From assembly GCA_965261545.1 (NCBI GenBank), contig CBDHDF010000011.1:256001-320000 (forward strand): a stretch of 64,000 nt of DNA. Direction: 5' to 3'. Below are positions 38,798-48,452 of this stretch, in pieces. The stretch's first letter is position 1. Each line of letters opens with the position of its first letter. The notes under the pieces were generated by a model that was not told the origin of the DNA, searched no databases, and saw only the letters and a list, made by a program, of their open reading frames with translations. The translations under genes and the position numbers were made by a program. This DNA is from Bdellovibrionales bacterium (GTDB taxonomy: Bacteria; Bdellovibrionota; Bdellovibrionia; Bdellovibrionales; UBA1609).

Positions 38798-40852
38798 TTA
38801 ACCACCATCATCGAGTCCATCGTCACTAATACTCCAACTACGATCTATGAGGGCGCTCCGTGCATCAATAGCACTATTATTGTATTTTGAATTTCCACCA
38901 TGGAATGAGATATTATTCTGTTGTGAGGTGGTGTGGATTTGGTTGAGCAGGCTGCTGTATATTCCCGTGGGAAGGGTGAGTCCTTCAAGCATGCTACTCA
39001 TGTCTGTGACACTAAGGAAATTCCATTGAGTCATATCGGGTTGAGCCATTGGGGCTTGCCTAAACATAGAACTCATGTTTGTGACATTGGAGACATCCCA
39101 ACCGCTGACGTCGGGATTGGCAACATCTGCCCCATCAAACATATAACTCATGTTTGTGACATTGGAGACATCCCAACCGCTGACGTCGGGATTGACAACA
39201 TCTGCCTCATCAAACATATGACCCATGTTTGTGACATTGGAGACATCCCAATCGCTGACATCGGGATTGGCAACATCTGCCAAATAAAACATATAACTCA
39301 TATTTGTGACCTTGGATGTATCCCAGCGACTCACATCGAGATCGGCCATATTTGCATCGGAAAACATAAAGTTCATATTTGTGACCTTGGATGTATCCCA
39401 GCGACTCACATCGAGATCGGCCATATTTGCATCGTAAAACATATAACTCATATTTGTGACCTTGGATGTATCCCAACCGCTGACGTCGGGACTAGCAACA
39501 TCTGCCCCACCAAACATATAACTCATATTTGTGACCTTGGATGTATCCCAACCGCTTACGTCGGGATTGGCAACATCTGCCTCATAAAACATATAACTCA
39601 TATTTGTGACCTTGGATGTATCCCAACCGCTTACGTCGGGATTGGCAACAGATGCCTCAGAAAACATAGAGTTCATGTTTGTGACATTGGAGACATCCCA
39701 ATCGCTGACATCGGAATTGGCAGCTTCTGCATCATAAAACATGCTACTCATATCTGTAACCCCAGAAACATTTCCTCCACTTAGATACTCAAGGGCTTCG
39801 CATTGCCTAAAGGCTCCTTTTAAACTCCGCCACCCCACATCACCAAGATCTTTCACAAAGATGAGTTTTAACCTATGTGCTGTAGCCTCGCTATCGAAAT
39901 TCCAAGCCTCAAGGGTCCCCGAAATGGTGACAGTGTAATCTCCAGCTTCGGCGTAAATATGAGTGATATCGCTGTCATCATGGGACGTGATCTCACTGGA
40001 GGAATCATCCCCCCAATCCACAGTAAAATTATACTTGTATCCTGAGGGCAAGGGGAGAGCGATGGCTTCACTTGTTTGAGAAGTTCTCCAAACAGAGACA
40101 AAGAAAGAGAACCCTCCATCACTGATACTCCACCCTCGTTCTTTTAAGAGTTGTCGGATATTTTCGGAACGGCTGTCGTACTTAGAGCTCCCCATATCCA
40201 ATGTGAAATTTTCCTGGCTGGAGGTTTCATAAAGTCGCTGAAGGAGTGTGTTATAGACCCCTGTGGGAAGGGTGACTTCACTGAAAGTCTCATCCATCTT
40301 TGCCAAAAGAGCAAAATTCCATCCACTGAAGTCTATTTTCTTTATAGAAGTCACTCCTTTAAACATGCGATCCATGTTTGTGACATTGGAGATGTCTCCT
40401 CCTCCTACTTGGCGAAGGTTGCTGCAACCCTCAAAGGCTCCCTCTAAGTTGATCCACCCCATATTCCCTAAGTCGGTCACAGAAATGAGTTTGTCTTTGC
40501 TCCCACTGTTGTTGAAATACCAAGCCTCAAGCTCCCCCGAAATAGTGACGGTGTAGTCTCCAGACTCGGCATAGGTATGAGTGATATCGCTGTCATCATG
40601 GGATGTGATTTCACTAGAGGCACCATCACCCCAGTCCACAGTGAAATTATAATTATACCCTGATCGCAACGGAAGAGTGATGGACTCATTTTCACTGGAC
40701 AAACGCCACACAGAGATAAAGGAAGAAGCTGTCACAGAAGGAGCTTGCTTTGTATCACCACAGCCTAAAAGACTCGCCATGGTCAGGCCAACAGAGAGAC
40801 CCATGGTGAGTAAAGGTAGGGTGCATCTTGTAAAAGTTTGTAATGGAGTCAA
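38798..40852 (-). CDS. BspA/DUF285 repeat surface lipoprotein with two PKD-like domains
   Basis: Lipobox LLGC; two FTVDWGD..THTY..GDYTVTISG modules; about 10 repeats of 25 aa (WDxSxVTNMSYMF). Confidence 0.9.
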   Translation of the reverse strand: MTPLQTFTRCTLPLLTMGLSVGLTMASLLGCGDTKQAPSVTASSFISVWRLSSENESITLPLRSGYNYNFTVDWGDGASSEITSHDDSDITHTYAESGDYTVTISGELEAWYFNNSGSKDKLISVTDLGNMGWINLEGAFEGCSNLRQVGGGDISNVTNMDRMFKGVTSIKKIDFSGWNFALLAKMDETFSEVTLPTGVYNTLLQRLYETSSQENFTLDMGSSKYDSRSENIRQLLKERGWSISDGGFSFFVSVWRTSQTSEAIALPLPSGYKYNFTVDWGDDSSSEITSHDDSDITHIYAEAGDYTVTISGTLEAWNFDSEATAHRLKLIFVKDLGDVGWRSLKGAFRQCEALEYLSGGNVSGVTDMSSMFYDAEAANSDVSDWDVSNVTNMNSMFSEASVANPDVSGWDTSKVTNMSYMFYEADVANPDVSGWDTSKVTNMSYMFGGADVASPDVSGWDTSKVTNMSYMFYDANMADLDVSRWDTSKVTNMNFMFSDANMADLDVSRWDTSKVTNMSYMFYLADVANPDVSDWDVSNVTNMGHMFDEADVVNPDVSGWDVSNVTNMSYMFDGADVANPDVSGWDVSNVTNMSSMFRQAPMAQPDMTQWNFLSVTDMSSMLEGLTLPTGIYSSLLNQIHTTSQQNNISFHGGNSKYNNSAIDARSALIDRSWSISDDGLDDGG

Positions 40853-41291
40853 AGCTTACCTCCTTCGCTCATATTTTCTTCTTTTCACCTTTTTTCTTCT
40901 CAACTTGATATAAAAAGATGTAATATATATTATATGTGCACTCTGGTTAAGGTGAAAACGCTGACTTGGATTTATGGACTTTATAAATAAGAAGATCGAA
41001 GGAAATCCTGCTCAAGGTCGTGGCCTCTAACCCACATTTCTCACAAAGATATACTGGAGTTCTGACTGGATATACCCATAAAATTTACTGGAAAGGCACT
41101 AGGGATGTAATATGATTGATTCCGATTGTATAATCGTAAATTCAGAAAAAGAGATAATCGATTTTGGGGTGGATAATACTCTCATCTTGATAGATCCAGT
41201 AATAATTTCCGTCACTTTCTTATTCTGAATAGCATCAATTAAAGAGACCACTATGCTATTTTATGATAAAAGAAAGAATGAAGCCCCTTAC

Positions 41292-41675
41292 TTATTTCTT
41301 ATATGTTGTAGATCTTTTTTTGATAAGCCCCCAGCGAACTCTCAGAAACTTCGCTAAACGCACAAATTCAACTCTTTCTTGTGATGTAATCTTCTGACCA
41401 AACTTAATCCATTCAAGCTCAGAGCCACCTACCTTGGGGGTTTCTAAATAAGGAAGGTTTGAAAGAAGGTTTGGATTGACTCCACGTGCTATAAGAAGGC
41501 GAACCAAAGTGTCGGCATTAACGGACTTTCTTCCAGACATGGTGCGTAGTGTTTCCGGACTCAGGCCAGCCTTTTTGGCAACCTCAGACCTTTCTTTAGG
41601 TTCCATGCCCTTTGGAACAACAAACTCCATAAGGCTTTCAGTAATAGATTTAACTTGCTTGTCCAAGATGGCCAT
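41292..41675 (-). CDS. XRE-like HTH regulator (paralog A)
   Basis: VAKKAGLSPETLRTMSGRKSVNADTLVRL. Confidence 0.7.
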   Translation of the reverse strand: MAILDKQVKSITESLMEFVVPKGMEPKERSEVAKKAGLSPETLRTMSGRKSVNADTLVRLLIARGVNPNLLSNLPYLETPKVGGSELEWIKFGQKITSQERVEFVRLAKFLRVRWGLIKKRSTTYKK

Positions 41676-41865
41676 AGAACTCCCCCTTCCAATAGATTAT
41701 CTCTCCAAGGGTTATTCTTTGTTATAAAATAATTGTTACAAAAATATTGATTTAGATATGATATTTGGTAATGTGACTCTGTAGCTTTTTTCCTCTGAGT
41801 GACTCCAAGTCACATGAAAATTCCTAAAGAGGAATAAAGAGGACAACTTTACAAAGGACAGTAGT

Positions 41866-42234
41866 GTGGCTGAAGTAAGCAAGTACAGGATTCAAGATAT
41901 ATTTGACTCATACGAAGACTATATATTGTATCTCAAAAAGACATATTCTCTTTTTCAAGATTTAAAGCAAAGTAAAGACCCATCATTCTCAAAGATTGTT
42001 CCAGAGTACCTCGAAATTGAGTTCATCCAAACTCTTAAGGCTCCAAGACTCTATTATCCGAGAAATAAGGGGGTCATCATTGTACAATTACCTTTGGGAA
42101 AAAGTGCAGGATTAAAACAGAAGGAAGCTCTACGCTCCAAGGCTCTCATTACTTTTTCGGCTATTGTAAAAATAAACGAAAAAGCCATGGCTGAAGAATT
42201 TGCCATGAGCCTCAAGTTGTTTGAATCAGAATAG
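41866..42234 (+). CDS. Short paralog of the 42472 protein (shared N-terminus, divergent C-terminus)
   Basis: The first ~50 aa closely match the 42472-43299 product. Confidence 0.5.
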   Translation: MAEVSKYRIQDIFDSYEDYILYLKKTYSLFQDLKQSKDPSFSKIVPEYLEIEFIQTLKAPRLYYPRNKGVIIVQLPLGKSAGLKQKEALRSKALITFSAIVKINEKAMAEEFAMSLKLFESE

Positions 42235-42471
42235 CCATTTGAGGGCCTGCGAAGGATGAAATGAATATTTATCAGAAAGTCTTAGGGCTTATAAAAAATA
42301 AATTGAACTAAAATTGTACTGTTTTACTTTAAGATCTAATTGAATAAGCTCAATTTATTTTTTTACAAGCTCTTAGTTCATTGGTAATGGACCAAAAAAA
42401 TGATACTTGATCTACTCAATTTAATGGCACTACCTCTTTAAATCAATTATAATTGTCAGCTAACAGCAGGG

Positions 42472-43299
42472 CTAGGAACTTAACCAATTGTGAGTAGGAA
42501 AGTAAACTTGGACTTGATTCCCATGGTTTTTCAGGCTTCTTGCAATCACTCTTCCTCCATGCAACTCAATAAAACATCTTGCGAAATAAAGACCTAGACC
42601 ACTTTTTTTCTCCAAACTCTGGCACTTTGAAGATTTACGAAATTCTTTAAAGGCTCTATTGCATTCTTCGAGACCTATATGAGTTCCTTTTTTAATGAAG
42701 TCAATCCTAACTTCACCTTGTATTCTTTGCGTTTTAATCAATATGTACCCACCCATCGGTGAAGACTTTATGGCACTTAGGATAACCTCGGCCATAGCTT
42801 CATAGAAGAGGACTCCATCTACCCCTATCATAGATATGGGATCAAGCTGTCTTTGAATAGTGATTTTTTTCTTTTGTGCACAGAAGCTGGAATCTTGGAT
42901 GATATTTTCGATAATTTCACTTATATCTATGGAAATCTTAAGAGATTTGATATATTTGAGTTTAATTGTTTTCAACATGCGATCTATATTTTGATTGATC
43001 TCACAGGCTTCGTAGTGTAGGCATCTGGCTTTAGCTGTAGACTTGGGAGGTAAGTCTCCAGAAGATGAACGAGCACAAATGGACTGAATTTCAAGCATAG
43101 GTGCTTTTAAGTCTTGGGCCATAAAACTTAAATCGTCTTCTAACTCCTTTTTTAGATACTCTGAAATAATTCCTGGAAATGATGGACCTTGACTCTGCTT
43201 TAAATCTTGAAAAAGAGAATATGTTTTTTTGAAATACGATATATAGTCTTCGTATAAATCAAAGATGTCTTGATCCCTATATTTGCTTATCTCAACCAC
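42472..43299 (-). CDS. Degenerate soluble histidine kinase-like protein (pseudokinase candidate)
   Basis: H-box AQDLKAPM lacks His; N-box reads LSAIKSS; D-box lost; G2 SGLGLYFAR..ELHGG retained. Confidence 0.7.
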   Translation of the reverse strand: MVEISKYRDQDIFDLYEDYISYFKKTYSLFQDLKQSQGPSFPGIISEYLKKELEDDLSFMAQDLKAPMLEIQSICARSSSGDLPPKSTAKARCLHYEACEINQNIDRMLKTIKLKYIKSLKISIDISEIIENIIQDSSFCAQKKKITIQRQLDPISMIGVDGVLFYEAMAEVILSAIKSSPMGGYILIKTQRIQGEVRIDFIKKGTHIGLEECNRAFKEFRKSSKCQSLEKKSGLGLYFARCFIELHGGRVIARSLKNHGNQVQVYFPTHNWLSS

Positions 43300-43499
43300 A
43301 CGACCCTTCCTTTGTAAAAGTTGCTCTCCTTCTTTCCTCTTTGAAGTTTTCCATGTGGTTTGGAGTCACCCAAAAGGAAAAAACGAAAGGCTATAGGGGC
43401 ACAATACCAAATATCATATCTAAATCAATATTTTTGTAACAATAATTGTATAGCAAGGCATAAACCTTGGGGAGATAATCTACTAGACGGAGGGGTTCT

Positions 43500-43883
43500 A
43501 TGGTCATCTTGGACAAGCAAGTTAAATTCATTATTGAAAGCCTTATGGAGTTTGCTGTTCCAAAGGGCATGGAACCTAAAGAAAGAGCTGGAGTTGCCAA
43601 AAAGGCTGGCCTGAGCCCTGAAACACTACGCACCATGTCTGGAAGAAAATCTGTCAATGCTGATACTTTGGTGCGCCTTCTTATAGCCCGTGGAGTCAAT
43701 CCAAAACTTCTTTTAAATCTTCCTTATTTAGAAACCCCCCAGGTAGATGGTTCTGAGCTTGAGTGGATCAAGTTTGGTCAGAAGATGAAATCACAAGAAA
43801 AGGTTGAGTTTGTGCGTTTAGCGAAGTTTCTGAGAGTTCGCTGGGGGCTTATCAAAAAAAAATCTATAGCATATAAGAAATAA
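43500..43883 (+). CDS. XRE-like HTH regulator (paralog B)
   Basis: Highly similar to 41292-41675, in inverted orientation. Confidence 0.7.
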   Translation: MVILDKQVKFIIESLMEFAVPKGMEPKERAGVAKKAGLSPETLRTMSGRKSVNADTLVRLLIARGVNPKLLLNLPYLETPQVDGSELEWIKFGQKMKSQEKVEFVRLAKFLRVRWGLIKKKSIAYKK

Positions 43884-44114
43884 ATAGGGGGACTTTAATT
43901 GGCTCCCGATGGAATGCCAAAGCTAGAAAAGAAGCGACTTCGAGAGTCTGCTTCTTGGGAATATCAGCCACAACGCATGGCGGCGTTAGGGATTCACTGT
44001 CGACACTGATGCTTGGCATGAGATGGCCCAAAGGTATTGTGAATTTACCAATAACCAAGCCTTCAAGTGAACCTCATAACTATAAACACCATAATGGTTA
44101 TTGAAGGAGCCTTT

Positions 44115-44858
44115 ATGCACCATGTAAACCACGAAGATGCGCCTCCAGTGTTTCTCAGTGCCCATTGGGTTGACTTAGTTTTCATAAGCTTTGAAGTAGA
44201 TCCTAAAATTTTAGCACCTCATTTACCTTATGGAACAACACTGGATTTCTTTCATGGAAAAACCTATATCAGCCTCGTAGCATTTCTATTTAAAGATACC
44301 AAATTGGTAGGAAGAATTCCTGCCATCTTTCATCGAAACTTTGAAGAGATTAATCTAAGATTCTATGTTCTCAGGCAAGAAGGGCAGAATTTAAAAAGAG
44401 GGGTTGTTTTCATCAAAGAGTTTGTACCCAAGCCACTTCTTGCTTGGGTGGCACGGACCTTTTATCATGAAAATTATGCCAGTCTCCCCATATATAGCAA
44501 AATCAAAAGGGGAGAACACTACAAGTACCAGTGGAGTTCTCACAGTGTAACCGTTCATTCCAGTGGCAAACTACTAAAGGCCACAGAGCAATCCCTGGAT
44601 CGATGGATTACAGAGCACTACTGGGGTTACACTCGCATAGGAGGACCCCATAAAACATGGGAGTACAAAGTTCAACACCCCGTGTGGGACCTCTACGTAG
44701 TCACTGGTCACCATTTAGATGTAAACTTTGAAGCACTTTATGGACAAGAATTTGAAACTTGTACAGCAACTCAGCCCTCCTCTGTAATTTTAGCCCAAGG
44801 CTCTGAAGTAAATGTCCACTGGCCTAAGCATATCAAAGCAACAGGTCTCCATTCATGA
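44115..44858 (+). CDS. DUF2071/YqjF-family protein
   Basis: FLSAHW.DLVFISFEVDP, FEEINLRFYV, GVVFIKE, ITEHYWGY; AAGGAG RBS before MHHVN. Confidence 0.85.
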   Translation: MHHVNHEDAPPVFLSAHWVDLVFISFEVDPKILAPHLPYGTTLDFFHGKTYISLVAFLFKDTKLVGRIPAIFHRNFEEINLRFYVLRQEGQNLKRGVVFIKEFVPKPLLAWVARTFYHENYASLPIYSKIKRGEHYKYQWSSHSVTVHSSGKLLKATEQSLDRWITEHYWGYTRIGGPHKTWEYKVQHPVWDLYVVTGHHLDVNFEALYGQEFETCTATQPSSVILAQGSEVNVHWPKHIKATGLHS

Positions 44859-45023
44859 AGGAGAGACTTAGTCTCTGCCTGAATACTTTAATGACAGGTG
44901 CCCTTTTACGTCACTTATGTTGAAAAGATTGATAGTTTTTGCCGCCACCCCCTTTCATGCAACCTCATTCACTTTAAAGCCTCTCAGGTCGAACCTCAAG
45001 AAATCAAATAGCATAAATAGCGT

Positions 45024-45184
45024 TGTCCCAAAAATGGCCTCGTTTAAATAGGAGGTCGCCTTAAATGGACCATGGGTGGTCCATTGAAGATATTTAAATA
45101 TTTCAGAAAAAAAGTGTGTCATTTCATAATGATAAATACTTTTCTTTTGCACACACCTCATATCTTGACCCAAACTTTGGTCAA
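45024..45184. promoter_or_regulatory. Cluster of 18-bp palindromes (candidate enhancer sites)
   Basis: TGTCCCAAAAATGGCCTC (45024), TGGACCATGGGTGGTCCA (45066), TGACCCAAACTTTGGTCA (45166). Confidence 0.55.
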
Positions 45185-45243
45185 TGGAATGACAGTGAGA
45201 TGGTGTGAGTGCCTTGAAACCCACTTAGGTTTGAATACAGATT

Positions 45244-45259
45244 TGGCATGATTTATGCT
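45244..45259 (+). promoter_or_regulatory. Sigma54 (-24/-12) promoter
   Basis: TGGCATGATTTATGCT = GG-N10-GC, upstream of a GAFTGA-activator operon. Confidence 0.7.
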
Positions 45260-45571
45260 TATAAAAATCTATGAAAGCATTTTTTAATTTACATCATTTG
45301 AACTTACATCATAAAGGCTCATATATTTTTAGGTCTATATTAGAAACCACATCTTTTGATTTACTCCCCATCATAGCCTCTAAATATTACAGGAAAGAAA
45401 AGAACTAAGAAGAATTAAGAATAAGGTGTCACGCCCACCTATATATGAAAGTCTATAAAAGACATGTTCATAACATGAAAGACATGCTCATATAGTTCAT
45501 ATAGATATATAGGTCGTATAAAGGGCTGTAGGCAATAGATTCGATTCTACAATAGTGGGAGGTATCAATCA

Positions 45572-47002
45572 ATGAACTATAAAATTCTTATCGCCGATGA
45601 CCAAGAATCTGTTCTTGATAATTTTCGAGAAATGTTCAAGAACCATTTGGACATTGAGCCCACCCTGACCCAACAATCCTTGGATGCCTTAAAGCTTATC
45701 CAAGAAAACCCCGATGATTATGCCGTTGTTGTTCTGGACTACCATTTTGAAGGTCAAAAACTCAATGGAGCGCAGGTGGCTCAAGAGATTCTTAAGATCA
45801 ACCCCAAGTTGATTGTTCTTATTTGCACAGGGGACATGGGGCGAGAAGCTCCTATTTCTTGTCTCAAGGCCGGAGTGAGTGACTTCATTCAAAAAGACGA
45901 ACCCCTTGATAAGATTATTTCTAGAATTAGATCCAATTTTAGAAAGTTTGATGAACTTTCAAGAGTGGTGACAAGCAAATCCACCCAATATCAGTCCCAC
46001 CAAAAAGAATTTGAAAATGCATCTTTGATTTCAAAATTGGGTATGATCGGTTGCTCTGCATCTATGGCTTCAGTGGCACAAAAGGTCTTGACCTTGAGTA
46101 AGAATGGAGGGGATAAGTCTACAATACTTATTCGTGGTGAGTCGGGAACAGGAAAAGAGCTTGTTGCAAGAGCCATTCATGAAAACTCATCTCGAAAGGC
46201 AAAGCTTCGCATTGATATCAATTGTGCTTCTATTCCAGAGGGTCTTTTAGAATCAGAGCTTTTTGGCCATGAAAAGGGAGCCTTTACGGGAGCCGATAAG
46301 AAGCGGCTTGGTAAGTTTCAAGTGGCCACAGGTGGTACAATTTTTCTTGATGAAATTGGCGAAATGCCCAAAGAACTTCAGGCTAAACTTCTTCGAGTCT
46401 TGCAAGAAAAAACCATTGAACCCATTGGCTCCAACTCTCCCATACCTGTGGATGTTCGAGTGATTGCCGCAACACATGTGAATCTTGAGGAAAAGGTTAA
46501 ATCTGGGGAATTTAGGGAAGACCTCTTTTATCGACTGAACCAAATTCCCCTCTTTATTCCCTCCCTAAGAGAGCGTCCCGAAGATATTCCCCCTTTGGTG
46601 ACCCACTTTATGGACAAACACTCTGGGAGAGAAAAGAAAAAACTTATGTATAAGACCTTGCAATACTTAAAATCTTACCAGTGGAATGGCAATATTCGTG
46701 AACTCGAAAACACCATCAAGCAATTGGTTGTTTTAACCCCCAGTGATGAGATTCGTCCAGAGCATCTTGATGCTAAGATATTTGAAGCCAACAGCAGGGC
46801 GGCCACAATGTCGTATCCAGAGTTTAAAAATATTGTGAATAAAAAAGTCGAAGAGGAAGAAAAAGAATTTCTTGTCTCAAGAATAAGAGCTTATCCCTCC
46901 TTAAGGGCTGCGGCAAAGGCTCTATCTATACCAAAAACCTCACTCCAGAGGAAACTCTCTGAATGGGGATATTCTTCAAAGGGCGAGGGGGTGTTGGTAT
47001 GA
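45572..47002 (+). CDS. NtrC-family sigma54-dependent response regulator
   Basis: REC (ADDQ, LDY, K), GESGTGKE, GAFTGA, FLDEIGEM, FREDLFYRL, C-terminal HTH. Confidence 0.95.
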   Translation: MNYKILIADDQESVLDNFREMFKNHLDIEPTLTQQSLDALKLIQENPDDYAVVVLDYHFEGQKLNGAQVAQEILKINPKLIVLICTGDMGREAPISCLKAGVSDFIQKDEPLDKIISRIRSNFRKFDELSRVVTSKSTQYQSHQKEFENASLISKLGMIGCSASMASVAQKVLTLSKNGGDKSTILIRGESGTGKELVARAIHENSSRKAKLRIDINCASIPEGLLESELFGHEKGAFTGADKKRLGKFQVATGGTIFLDEIGEMPKELQAKLLRVLQEKTIEPIGSNSPIPVDVRVIAATHVNLEEKVKSGEFREDLFYRLNQIPLFIPSLRERPEDIPPLVTHFMDKHSGREKKKLMYKTLQYLKSYQWNGNIRELENTIKQLVVLTPSDEIRPEHLDAKIFEANSRAATMSYPEFKNIVNKKVEEEEKEFLVSRIRAYPSLRAAAKALSIPKTSLQRKLSEWGYSSKGEGVLV

Positions 47003-48081
47003 GTTTCTTAAAAACAATGGAAGACTATCTACTCAAAAAGGCTATAAAGCATATTGGAGGCCAAAAAAACATGGCCATTCAACTGGACATTACAAATGCC
47101 TGCAATCTTAAATGTTCCCACTGTTACCATTCCAATCATAAAAATACGGGAGCTTTAAACCTTGAAGGCTGGCTTGAGATTCTTGACCAGTACGACAAGA
47201 TGCTTCAAACTCTCAAGCTACAACCCTATATTGTGATTTGCGGTGGGGAACCCACATTAAGCCCTTATCTCTTTTCTATTCTAAAAAGAGCCAATGAGCT
47301 TTGGGAAAGTCCCACCATTACGATTCTCACCAATGGCACAAGGCTTACGGACAAACTACTGTCTTCCCTCAGTGAGTACAATATGCGGTTTCAAGTCTCT
47401 TTAGATGGCCCTGATGCTAAGAGGCATGATGCTCTTCGTGGTAAAGGGAATTTCCAAAAGGCACTGGAGGGAGCCAAACGGGCAAAGCAGTACGGCATTG
47501 AGATAAACATTTTAAGTATTTTATCAAAGAAGACCTCCCATTGGATTCCAGAGTTCTTTCAAATGGCCAAGGAAAACAGCCTTGATTCCATGAGTTTTAC
47601 AAGATTTATCCCACAGGGTTTTGGCGCAGAACTTGTCGAAACGGGTGGGGATGATTCCTTATATGGTTTTGAGTTAAGAGATGCCATGCAGTCCATCATC
47701 CATTTTTCAGAAAAATATGAAGTTCCAACTTCAACAGACCACCCCTTATATCACCTCATTGACCCCACGCTTGGTCATAATGGCCGTTTTGGATTTCAGG
47801 GCCTTGTTGTGGATTACAAAGGTAACTTGAAGGTCTCCAGCAGAGCCGACTACATACTTGGAAATATACTCGACGAAGGTCTTCAAAATTTATTTTTACA
47901 CCATCCTTTGATGAAGGATTTGAGAACCCCCCAAAAGATCAATGGGTGCGGTGCTTGTATGTATTATACCCGATGTGGTGGAAATAGAAATATAAGCTAT
48001 GCCACAACAGGAAGTTTCTTAGAAAAAGATAAAGGATGTTGGATTCCGTCAGCATCTACAAAGAAAGGAGTTGTCGCATGA
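46999..48081 (+). CDS. Radical SAM protein with an atypical SPASM domain
   Basis: CNLKCSHC, GGEP, TNG, VSLDG, C-terminal CGAC-x5-C...C. Confidence 0.92.
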   Translation: MSFLKTMEDYLLKKAIKHIGGQKNMAIQLDITNACNLKCSHCYHSNHKNTGALNLEGWLEILDQYDKMLQTLKLQPYIVICGGEPTLSPYLFSILKRANELWESPTITILTNGTRLTDKLLSSLSEYNMRFQVSLDGPDAKRHDALRGKGNFQKALEGAKRAKQYGIEINILSILSKKTSHWIPEFFQMAKENSLDSMSFTRFIPQGFGAELVETGGDDSLYGFELRDAMQSIIHFSEKYEVPTSTDHPLYHLIDPTLGHNGRFGFQGLVVDYKGNLKVSSRADYILGNILDEGLQNLFLHHPLMKDLRTPQKINGCGACMYYTRCGGNRNISYATTGSFLEKDKGCWIPSASTKKGVVA

Positions 48082-48452
48082 AGAAATTAATAAGAAAAAG
48101 TATTTTAGGAATTATATCTCTTATGCCAATACAAGCATTAGGATTTGCTTCAGATTTTTCCTCAATTTTTTTATCAGACATATATGAAGATAGTGCTCCA
48201 AATACTGCAAACCAAGAATATGAAAAAGAACTTGTGAGACGACTTGAAGAGGGAACACTGTCTCATAAATATTATGATTTCATGGAAAAGCATAGAATAC
48301 ATAGCACGGATGATCTATTGTCTTCTCGATCTCAGAAGAATTTAAAGAAGCTCACAAGAGAATTTATTAAAGATATCCATGAACCACTTCTTGCAAGTAA
48401 AAATGTGATATTATCAGAAAATCTAAGCGACGCATGGCCAAAGAAAAAATGA
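48078..48452 (+). CDS. 124-aa secreted protein; candidate precursor/signal
   Basis: AAGGAG RBS, signal peptide MKKLIRKSILGIISLMPIQALG, C-terminus LSENLSDAWPKKK. Role inferred from context. Confidence 0.65.
   Translation: MKKLIRKSILGIISLMPIQALGFASDFSSIFLSDIYEDSAPNTANQEYEKELVRRLEEGTLSHKYYDFMEKHRIHSTDDLLSSRSQKNLKKLTREFIKDIHEPLLASKNVILSENLSDAWPKKK

Noticed and set aside
39050..39760. 75-bp repeats as a DGR or CRISPR, and the antisense ORF 38933-39784
   Set aside because: These are coding 25-aa DUF285 repeats. The only RT in the window is a broken intron RT, and the antisense ORF is a shadow.
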